Shown: positions 49,801 through 61,800 of the stretch, piece by piece | Position numbering within the stretch: the first letter of the stretch is position 1 | How the letters are laid out: each line of letters begins with the position of its first letter | Source: Candidatus Cloacimonadota bacterium | GTDB lineage: Bacteria; Cloacimonadota; Cloacimonadia; G963667145 | DNA: 64,000 nt | Direction of reading: 5' to 3' | Assembly: GCA_963667255.1 (NCBI GenBank) | Contig: OY762940.1 | Coordinates: 448,001 to 512,000 of the forward strand | Translations under genes and position numbers: made by a program | The notes under the pieces: model-generated | What the model saw: only the letters and a program-made list of their open reading frames with translations | Database searches by the model: none | What the model was told of the DNA's origin: nothing

Positions 49801-52800
49801 ACACCAGAAATCCCTAAGGTAATAACCGGATTGTCAACAGAGTTGAAAAAAGTAAAAATCAACTATGTTTGCCCTAACGATTGGGTAGATACTATTTGCT
49901 TCTATCGAGAGACAGCCGGCTCACCAAATACATCTACTTTGGTATATAAGATTGCTAACGCAGGTGTAGGGAAATCAAGCAGTTTTTATGACACTACGAG
50001 TGTTTGTTTAGCTGTGAAATATGCTTATAAAGTAAGATTTTACAAGACAATAACAAATTTCTCCAGTGCCAGCGACACTGTTTGTATAACAATTCCTGTA
50101 TTACCTCCAGACAATTTAGTCGCTACACAAGGAACTTATGAGGATAAGATTATCCTTACTTGGGATGGAGTGCAAGCAGGCTCTGGAGTTACGATTAGCT
50201 ACAATGTATATGTAGATAGTAACTCAACAGCAGAATTTACAAATTATGCCAATACCACTGCGAGCACGGGATTGAGGATTACGGGGAATAGTTCGCCTAC
50301 CAAAAATCCGGAATACGAAGTTCCTTATGGGACAACGCTCCCGAATAATGCTACGGAGAAGTGGTTTAATTTGGTTTTGGGTAGAAACTATACATTTGCA
50401 GTTACCACAAATATGACGACAGCTTTTGTTAATTCATCCAGCAATTTGTCCTCTATATCGAGTATGACAAAGGGATATGCAAGGATTTCCAGACCCAAAG
50501 TGATTTCTGCAAGTAAAGGCACTGATGAAGACATAATAACAGTAAAATGGAGAGCCTCTGACGCCTACAAGCATGATGCTCTTGTCTCTTATCAAATCTA
50601 TCGTCTAAATCAAGAGACGGGCGTTATGGATTCTTCTTTGGTAATGAAAGCTTCTGATCTTACCAAAAATGGCGATACGCTTACTTTGGTGCAAAGATCG
50701 TCTGCAAATAATTTGGCAGAAAAAGTTAAATATTCATACAGGATAAAAGCCTTGATGACCGCTTCAGGAGAAGTTACTACTGCACATTCGTCATTGATAA
50801 GCACGGATTCAGTTGTTGGTTGGTTGGCTCTTTCTTCTCCCAAGAACTTTACCGCTAGTGATGGACTTTCAGCAGACTCTATCTATTTGAAGTGGAGCAA
50901 TCCAAGCAAACTCACTACACAAGTCTACGCTTGCGATAGTTTGGTAGGATTGTGGAATAACCAGATAATTACTGTTGTAGATTCTCATTATTCCGTAAGC
51001 ACAAGTAATGAAAAAGACCAAGGAGTTTACAAGTATTACGGAGCCAAATTCTATCATCCTGTTTTTGGTGTTTCCAGTGTTTCTTCTACTTGTCAAGATT
51101 CAGGATATGCACTATTCTCAGGAATTACAATTAAATCCATAAGTATGGGAGAATATTTAGATACCATAAAGATAGTTTGGGACACATTTAGAAATGCTAC
51201 AAGCTATGGAGTGCAATATAGGGAAAAGGGTTCATCCGTTTGGAATACCAAAGACGACATTATTGGAAACAAATACAGTATTTCGGGAATTAATGGAGTT
51301 AGCAGAGGAATTTTGCATTATGTTAGAGTGAGAGCTGCCAATGGAATAGTTAATCGTTCCGCTAACGAAGGCTATGGGACAGTAGATACAGGATTTACTC
51401 AATTGGACTCCGTGGGCGGATTTTCTGCTACCAAGGGAGATTTGCCAGATACGATTAGACTTAACTGGTCTCGAGTGCTTAATGCAGAGTATTATTCCGT
51501 TTACAGATCGGAAAATAATTCTAACTTCATATTAATAGATACGACAGCTAATCTTGAATACGGAGATACAACCAAGAATTTGACTTATGGGAAAACATAT
51601 TACTATAAGGTGCTTGGAGTAAACAATTTGACGGTAAATTTAGCAGAAAAATACAAGAACTATTCGCCTGTTGATACCGGTTGGATGGATATCCCTGCAC
51701 CGCAAAATGTTACAGCTACCAAGGGAACATATGATAACAAAGTTGTAATTTCTTGGACTCCGATAAATAGGGTAGAAGGCTATGTTATTGACACAGCGAG
51801 AAGTAATGATGAAAATCTCTATGCGAAAATAGATACTGTTCTTCCGACAAGCCAAGATGAATACCATGTTTATGTTAACGAGATACCAGGTGGAAAGCTG
51901 GAAAGAGGTGTTAGGTATTTCTTCAAGGTCAGAGCTTTTACCTCTCAGAGAATGAACACGATTGCCAAAGCTAACCAAGACAACGGCTATATCGCATTGA
52001 ACGCCCCTGAAAATATTCAAGCTTCTAAGGGGACAAGTGCAGATACTATCACCCTTTCGTTCAAGGTTTCTAATAATTTAAACACTCTTGAAAACTATGA
52101 AATTCAGAGAAAATCAAAGAGCACGGGTGATACATCTGATGTAAGCTTTGATGCAAATACTTTCAATGTTTCAGGAGGCATTATAACTATCTATGATGTA
52201 AACAGCTTACAGCGAAGCAAAGGTTATATTTACACATACAGAGTTAAATGCAAAAAAGGGCAGATAGAGTCCGGATGGAGTTCATGGAGTGACTACGGCT
52301 GGATAAATCTTACTCCGCTTACAATAACTGTTGCCAATGAACAAGATTCTTTGATGACCGATTCTATCAAGATTTCATGGAACAAAGGTGCACAACAATT
52401 TAGCCAAGTAAACCAACTTAAAATCTATTATGACACTATGAGTGTCCCGACGAATGGGTGGCAATCCGTTTTAGTTCTGAGTAAAGCTACAGAGTTGAAC
52501 AAGGGCTATTTGATGATTAACACTCAAGAAAACACTAATTTCTTGGCTGGGACTATGTATTATTTCAGAGCAAAGAGTTGCTATTATGAAGATGCCATAG
52601 AAATCTCTTCTGCCTTTAGTGCTTTGGATTCCGGTTGGTATAAATTGCGAGCTCCGACCATAACCTATTCCTCAATAGGAGAGAGTGCCGACACAATAAC
52701 TATTAGGTGGAACGCTCAGAGCGATTTGCCTCACAGCAGTATTTCAGATATGAAGTATGTTGTCTCTCGTGGTTCTGTGTCAGAGTATAAAGTTTTATCT

Positions 52801-55800
52801 AACAATCAAACTTATTTTTATGATACAACTGGAGTTGAAGAAGGCGTAAGTTTCACATATACTGTCACAGCCAAACATCCCAAATATCTCAACTCCGCTG
52901 CGAGTAGCTCTGCCATCGGATATGCCAAATTGATAGCTCCTGTCTTGATGGGAGTGACTGCCGGTGGTGACTCTATAACAGTTAAGTGGGCATACTCCAT
53001 GAGTAAATTGTCCAGTATAGATAGCTTCTACCTATATAGAAAAGAGTCTTATAGTGGAGCGGAAGGAACACCTATCGGCAGAATACAGGTTAATACGAGC
53101 AAAACTACTTATTCATATTCGGATAAGAATTGTGAGTTAGGTAAAGACTATTATTATTATCTTAGAGCCTATAAATCAGGACTGAAGCTTTCAGATACTT
53201 CAAAGGTTGGCGTTGCAGCTTTAGATTTGATAGCTCCGTCGATGTATTCGGTAAGTAGAGGTGCACATACAAACAAAATAGTAGTGGAATGGACAGGAAC
53301 ACAGTATTCGGAACAGTATGTCCTTTTCAGATCAACAAGTGCTACATTCGGCACTAAAGACACGATAGACACGGTAGCTTCTTTGCCCACAATTTATACT
53401 GATGACAATAAAGGAAGAGGATTAACAGATGGCACGGTTTATTATTATAAAGTTGTAGCTAAAAGAGGTAACCATCTTTCCAGTGAAAGTGGATATATGG
53501 GAGGTTATACAAAATTATTGAAGCCGAGTATAGACTCTCTTTCTCAAAATCAGGAGAAAGTATATCTTAAATGGAATAAGAATGGAGGTAATTCATCTTC
53601 TGCTCGTGTTATGGTAGGGGAAGATGTTCAAGTTGCTACCATTAAAGACAGTGCTTCTTTGTTGGTGGATTCTACAACTGATCTTGTAGGATATTTTTCA
53701 AATAGCAATGCTTGGTTTGTAAAAGGTAAAGAGTATTATGCTAAAGTAAAGACTTACACCAGAGAAACCAGGGTGATGAAGTCAGGAGGGTCTTCGGAAA
53801 CGATAGAAATTGTTTCCGACTACTCCGAAGTGAAAAAATTCTTTACGAATATTTCTACCCCGAGCCTCACCGTTACCAGTGGCAAGTTGGATACTTTGTT
53901 GATACAATGGAATAGAATAGATGCCGATGTGGTAAGTGACATAACAGTGCAATGGACGGAAAAGGGGTTTGGTAGCTCTACGGATACGATGACGACAAAC
54001 ATTGTAAACAATGGAAACGATTCCATAGGAAATATCAAGGTAGCTTACAGCGGAGAAGCAACTCTGCAACCTGGAGTAAAATACACTTTCAGGATTATGT
54101 TTAAGAGAGGGGCTATTACTTCTGCGTGGAGTGATGAGAAAAAGGGTTGGACTAAACTTCCTGCTCCTACAAACTTTAGTGCCTCTAAGGGTGACTACGA
54201 CGATTCTATCCGCTTCACATGGAACAATTACCGAGAAAATACAGACACTTTAAAAGATAATACCTATCAATATGTGATTTACTATTATGATGGAAGCAAT
54301 TATCAGGCGATGACAGGTGGAACAATAACAGACAAGAAGAAATTCTATGGCATTACTTTGCCAATGGATGGGATTGTTACCAGAGGAGTGATGACCAAGT
54401 TCCGAATTAAAGGAGAAACAAATCCTGCTTTAGAGATTTCTTCTCAAAGCACAAATTTGAGCTCTGACTCCGGTCACACAAGGTTGATGATACCCATCAG
54501 TGGTGGAACAGCGACAGATGATTTAGAGAATCAAATTAAAATAAGCTGGAACGCTCTCATAAGTTCTGCGAGCGATATAAGTGCTTATAAAAATCTAAAA
54601 GTAGTATATCAGTTAGAGAGAAGAAAGTCTGGCGACGCTTTCATGGGCAACACTCTTGCCAGCATAGATTCGTTACAACAAGAATCTTATACCGATACCA
54701 AGAGTTTGGACCCTCGCTATGTTTATTATTACAGGGTTAGATTTTACAGTGAAGTCTATTTTGATAGATACAGTAACAGTTCAAAATCCTCTTCTCCATG
54801 GTATGTAATCGCAGATAGTGGTAGCATTGCGATTAATCCTCCTACCATTAAAGCTCACGAAGATGGGGCTTTCTATACAGACAGAGTAGAACTTGATGTC
54901 CAAAGGTCTGTAGGTTCAGACAGTGCATATTTATATAGAGAGGAAAACTCAAGTGGAACATTTACTCTTATAGATACGATTGTCTTTAGCGATGGTGTGA
55001 CAGGGCAAGGTGCATATTTGTATTATAAAGATAGTTTGAGAATTGTTCCGGGCAGTTGCTATTCTTACTACGCCATTGCTCTTAATGGGGCAAGGAAGTC
55101 CGATAAGGGAGCGGAATTCAAATCTTATACAAAATTGAAAGCTCCTGCATCTCTCAGTGTGAGTGATGGATTATATGACGACAGAGTTATTGCTAAATGG
55201 GATACAGTCTCCAGAGCGGAAGGGTATTGTATTTGGGTTTATAAAGAGGGTAATGAGACTACAGTAGTGGATTCTGTAGAGATTGGTAATCAAGATAGCA
55301 CGATAAATTTAGTTAAAGGAACTATTCTTAAGAATATCGTTATAGGTCAAATTTATACATTCAAAATAGGTGCATGGAACAATACTGCAATATACAATAG
55401 CCGTAAGATTTATTCGGATAAAACTTCTGATGACGGATATTTGAGATTTACTCTTCCAAGTTATGTCACTTTGTCCCAAGATTCTACGGATTTTGTAAAA
55501 CTTCAAATCGGGTATACGTCATCTGGTTTTTCTCTTTATGTATTTAGAAGCGCAGATTCTTCTGTAGTCAAAGGGACTCAAAGCAATTGGGGAGAATACA
55601 AAAAAATATCCGTAAGCACTGATTATGATTCAACCAAGAACGAGTATATCTGCAAAGATGTTTTATCCTCTACATCGGGAATTGCTGGTGTCAGATATGC
55701 ATATATGGTTCAGATTTATAAATCAGGAATGGTAAAAGCTATTTCCGATACATTTAAAACATATTTAAAAAATGAAACAGGGAAGAAGTATGGATGGGGC

Positions 55801-58800
55801 AAAGCAGGTGTTTATGATGGGACTGATGGGGCTATTGAGGCATCACAAGGAATTTCTGAGGACTCTATTGTAGTTACTTGGTCGCACCCGAGTGAAAGGA
55901 AATATGTAAATTCTGTAAGATATGAGTGGGTTGAGTATGATGTTTCTACAGGGTTGGCTCAAGATTCTGCTGTAGTTTCCGATACATTTGTTATAAGATC
56001 TGCTCAATCTAAAGATGTTGGTCAACCAGTTAAAAACGGATATAAGTACAAGTATAGAATTAGGAAAAAGTTTTATGATGAGAATGGAGCATTATATACG
56101 ACATCTGGCTTGTCGATAAATTCTGGAACTGGTTGGGCAAATTTGGAGAAACCTTCTATTAAGCTTACTGTAACGAGCGATGGAGATTTTGTTATTTCTC
56201 AACAAAAAAATAACAATATTAATGCTTTCAGAGTTTATAAAAATATTAATGGTGGCGAGAACTCATCAGAAATAGAAGTAGCTGCCGGTGGTTATTATAT
56301 CGATTCCGTAATTTATAATAAGTATAACATTGGTAAAAAGGTAAAGTATACCATCAGAACAATTAATAAGACCTTTGATTTGGAATCAGCTCTTTCCGAC
56401 CCTGTTGATACTTTCTATATGTTGTATAGCCCAAAATATGTGAAAGCTTCTCAAAGTGATTATACAGACAAAATAGTATTAAAATGGCATTGGGGAACAG
56501 CAAGGACTGCTTTGGTCGATAGTTTTGTTGTGGATAGATACAATCTCTCCACTGGAGCAAAGGAAAAGCAATACAAATTTAGTGGCAGCTATGATTCCAA
56601 ATTGAGTTATAGCGGAAGCGGAGTGATAGGCACGGATACATGTAGCTATGAAGACAACGCGGATATAAAGCAAGGTGTATCTTATTTATATAGTGTAAAA
56701 TCTCTAAGGGCAAATCCGAGTGGAATAAGAATCTCAACAGATAGTGGCTCTGGGACAGGACACGCTAAATTCTCTGCACCTACCAATGTAAGTGCAACAG
56801 ATAATAAGAGTGATGTAGTTTTGAAGTGGGATTCTATCAGAAATCAAGGGACAGTTACCAACTTCTTCATTTTCTATAGCCCTACTCAAAATGGGTCGTA
56901 TAGCAAGTTGACAAAAACAGGATCTGTTGCTAAGCCGAACGACACTACCTTTACGGATGATGAAATCCCTCAGGGAACTATTCGTTGGTATAAGGTAGCT
57001 GCTTTCAACAGTGTCAGCGATACCGGAGTTAAGTCTGTCGCAGTTAGAGGATATGCGTTGATGGATCCTATGGCCGGAGTAACATGCTGGAAAGGCGTAA
57101 ATGCCGATACCATAAAGGTTACTTGGACAAAATTGTCAGTATATCAAAGTTACTACATTGAGTGGAGCATTAGCAAAGAATTAGGCTCAGATGGTCGTTT
57201 TGTTAGTAGGTTAGGGAATGTTGGGGCTTATGAAAATAGCACTTATAGCAAAGATTCTCTTTTCATCCCTATTTCCGCAGACTCTCTCAGAGGCAGGAAA
57301 ATATACATTAAACTTTGGGCTCAAAATCAATATGGTGGCTCAGAACCTGTCTTGGACAGCGGATATACCAAACTTAAACCCCCTTCTAGTTTCTCTGTGA
57401 GCAAGGGAACAACATTAGATTCTATAAAAGTAAGTTTTTCTCCTCGGACAGGCACTAATGCGGCAAGCTACAATGTATATCTCTCCACTACTAAGAGCAA
57501 GTCAACATCAGCAAATGCAGAGATAGCCATTACAGGGTATAAGGGACATGATACCACTATTGCGGTGGAATCTAATAAGAAGGGACATTATTATTACGGG
57601 AGTGTTCAGGCTGTAAGCGGATTGGACAACGCTTCTTCGGAATTGTCAGTAGATAGTGGATACAGTCGCATACCTATAGTTGCCGGAATCTATTTGGACT
57701 CATTGACTTCGGGAGATATTGCAGTTAGTTGGACACCCGTTGCGATAGGTGGAGACAGTGTAAATTACAATATTTATCGCTCAGCAAATGATGGCAACTT
57801 TATACAAATAGCTTCCGGATACTATGCAACTCTAACCTCAGGGAAAATAAAATACACAGATAGTGAATGTATCCCGGGAGATAAATGCACATACTATTTG
57901 GTAAGCAAGGCATGGCAAAGACCCAATACCAATGCAAGAGAAGTTATTTTGTCTGACACCTCGGCACATGCATCGACTTATGCTCAAATAGGAATGGTAA
58001 GCAATTTTATGCAAGATTCTACGGCTTATTCTGATAGCAAAGTCAATCTTATGTGGAAGCAAAGGGGAGATATAGATACTTATTATATTTACAGAAGTTC
58101 TTTTGTTGATAGGGACAATGCTAAAGAGATAATAGTAGCGGTTACGGATGGTAATTACTACTATTCAGATGGCTCAGATTCTATCTCTACACAGAGCGGA
58201 ATGCTTTGGCATTATTGGATTAGAGCGAGGAAAAACAGCAACTTCGGAATATGGACTCCAAATACTACGGAAGGTTTGTTGGCATATACTAAGCCAAGAA
58301 AGACAACGATTGTAAGTGCAAGTCAGGGGGTTTCTTCCGACACGATCAGAGTGGTCTGGAATAAGATTAATTATGTAAGTAATTATGTTTTGCAATACAG
58401 AGTGGAAAATGCAGCTACATGGAGCAATATCACAGGAATAGAGGATACATTCTATACTTTGAGGAGAAGTGCTCAAAATCTGCAAGATGGCGTAAAATAT
58501 GATTTTAGAGTTTATTCTGTAATTAATATAGGTGCTCCGTCTCCTCGTGGAGGAAGCAATAGTTATTACGGGAAGAAAGTGGTTTCTGATACCAGTGAGA
58601 TTCTGAAAGGGTTTGTAAAATTTGAAAAGGTAAGCAATTTTTACTTCCAAAATTCTCCTGATAGTATAAAGAGTGATACAATAAAGCTTTACTGGAACAA
58701 AATTACAGCTTCGGGCATAATATATAGGATTTACAGAAATACAGCCAGTGATGCTACAACAGCTTCAGAAATTGTTGCACTAACAGATACTAATGTTTAT

Positions 58801-61800
58801 TACGATGTGAAAGGCTCCGGTGAAACGCATCCGCAAGGAGGTAAGAGATACTATTATTGGATTACAGCCGAAAAGAATTCTCTAAGTGGAACTAAGAGTG
58901 AGCAACAAGCTGTAACGATAATATCTGGCACTACTGTTGGGACTGAACATTTTGCTTGGTGCTTGCTGGATGCTCCCAAGAATGGATGGGCTTCTGGAAA
59001 GATGAAAGCGAATGGAGAAGACAACAATCCTGACCAGACATATAGCGACTCTATCGTAATAAAGTGGGAGAAAGTCCAAAACGCCACAGCTTATTGTATT
59101 CAACAGAAAAAAGATACTACAGGCACAATTTTTGGGAATATGACAGGAGCGACAAATATTACAGATACTCAATTCGTTTGGAATAGGTCCACGGACAATC
59201 AAAAAGGGTATAAGTATAAGTTTAGGGTTACTGCTAAGAACGATTTATGTGGAAGTTCTAATCCTGTTTATTCTACAGAATTTACCGGATTTGCAAAGTT
59301 GTCTGCACCCAGACAAGTGACAGCATTCCAAAAAGATAATCAAACGGGAATTTATCTCAGTTGGGCACACATTGAGGGAGCAACAAAATATATAGTTTAC
59401 CAAACGGAAAACTTATCTGCCGGCTTTAGCAAATTGTATGAAGTTTCCAATAAGGGTGGAGCGGTAGTTACTATAGACACTTCCGATTTGACGATGTATC
59501 CAGGGACGAGAAGATGGTATCTCATTAGAGCATTTAATTCTGCGACTGGTGGCTCTGACTCCTCTACGATTGTGGATACAGTTTGCCCTATTTTGCCTCC
59601 AGAATCTTTGTCTGCTACAAAAGGGACGAGCACAAGTGGCATTACTATAACTTGGGCGTTGAACGACAGAACAAAAGGAGTTGACGGATTTTATATTTAC
59701 CGTGTGTCTCCGGGGGCAGCCAGTGGAGCAGGATTTACGGTTTCCGATACTGTAGGCAAGGTAACCTCATTCAACCAATCCAATGGACAAGCCAGCTTCA
59801 CGGACCAATTGGGAGCCTCTGTGAAGGGAGGAACGGATACTACGAGAAGTGGTGTGAAATATTTGTATGCTATCAGAACCTACAAAGGTGATGTTTATTC
59901 CGACTATACTCCGGTAAGTAGTCGAGATACTGGCTGGATAGCGTTGCCGACGGTAACTGGGTTGACTGTTCCTGTGATAAAAGCAGGGGAAAGCTTTGCT
60001 CTTAAATGGAACGACAGCAAGAATATCTATAAAGATGTCAGTTATGTGTTTAAGAGGATTAAATACAAAAAAGGGAATTTTGATACTACATACCAATATC
60101 AGTATGATGGCGTTATAACGAGTGATACTTTTGCAATTGATAACAGCAATCTTGAGAATGGAATGGTTTATCAGTATTTTGTAAAAGCGTTCAATAGTTC
60201 ATATGTTAATTATAACACCGAGAGTGCGAAAGTTTGGGCTGAATCTGGGATCTCTTCTCACAGAGGTATGATTTCTACCAATTGGTCAGATGTCTCCTTT
60301 ACCGGTCGGAAGTTCGCAACTCCGACTATAAATGTCCTGAAAAATGGAGATTCTCTTAGAGTTGATTCTATCTATGTTAGATGGGCAGAAAATTCTAATG
60401 CAACGAGTTTCCTTTTCCAAATAGACACTATTTCAACCTTTGGCAGTCCTCTATTGGTAAATAAGGAAGTGGCTAATACTAACAGAACGATGGACAGTTT
60501 GTATTACACGCTAAATTCTGGATTGTATAAAACACAAGACTATTTCTTCAGGATGAAAATAAAGAATCAAGAGTACACGGACGCTATTTGGGATTCTTTA
60601 ACTTCCGAATGGTCAACTGCCGATAGTGGTTGGTCTAAATTAATTCCTCCGATGGGAATAAGTGCAAGTAGAACTATAACAGATTCTATCAGAGTGAGTT
60701 GGACAGGATGGAGTTGGAAAAATCCGGTAACCTATTTGGTAAAATATGTAGATGCAAATAGTCAACCTGGAGATGTCTCTACGGCAAAGGATTCAGTTCG
60801 TTATAGATCAGAATTCAGCAAAGGAGAGAATAGCATAACAGTAACTACCACAAATTCTAAATATGGAAATTCCAATCCTTCGGCAGTAGTGAAAGGGATA
60901 GGCAAGCAACCAGCTCCGCAATATGTTTCCGGTCAAAGACCAAGCCAAGGCACATATTTGGATAGTATTTGTTTTGAAATAGATGAAGCAAGCCAAAATA
61001 TAAGCAGTCAAGTAGTGAACTATAAAATCTATATTAGTGATGATAAAAACTCGGATGCGATTTCTTCCGATGACCCTGACAAGGGAGAGTTCATTACTTC
61101 TGATACGGATGTTGTCAGGTTGAAGTTGAACAAGGGATTTTATTCTAGTCAATATGGAACAAAACTTTACATTAGAGTTTCTTGGGCAGTGGGACAAGGT
61201 GCCACTATCTATAGTGAAAAGAGTGTAATAGATTCTGGCTGGACCAAACTGCAAGCTCCTACGAATTTACGCAAAAAGACTTTGGATTCTCCTCAAAACA
61301 CTTATGCCACGGGGATAATTTGGGCTTCCAGTGCTAACTCGGACAGCACTGTTATTTGGAGAAGATATCCGAACACAGTGGGAGACCAATATGTTGCTAT
61401 CGATACTGTCTCCAGTTCAGTTAACTACTATGTAGATAGCTTGCCGATAGCAAATAGGACTAAGACTTACCAATATGCAGTGCAAGCTGTGAATCAGTTG
61501 GATAATTCCGAATCTGCTCTTTCTACAGGCTTCTCAACCTTTGTTTCTTCTATTTACAATATTAGTAATTTTACAGCTACCAAGGGAACGAAGGCGGACA
61601 CTATCGTCTTCTCTTGGACAGGGAATTTGGATTCTACATTTGTAATCCAAGTGGATACTGTAAATCCTGTAAACTCTGTTAGTCCTAATGCGGCAATAAG
61701 AAATTTGAAAGCCAGTGATGGCAAAAAATGGCAACTATCCGACAATAATTGTCAAAGTGGTAGATGGTATTACTTCAAAATTTATTTGGAGGGTGATGAG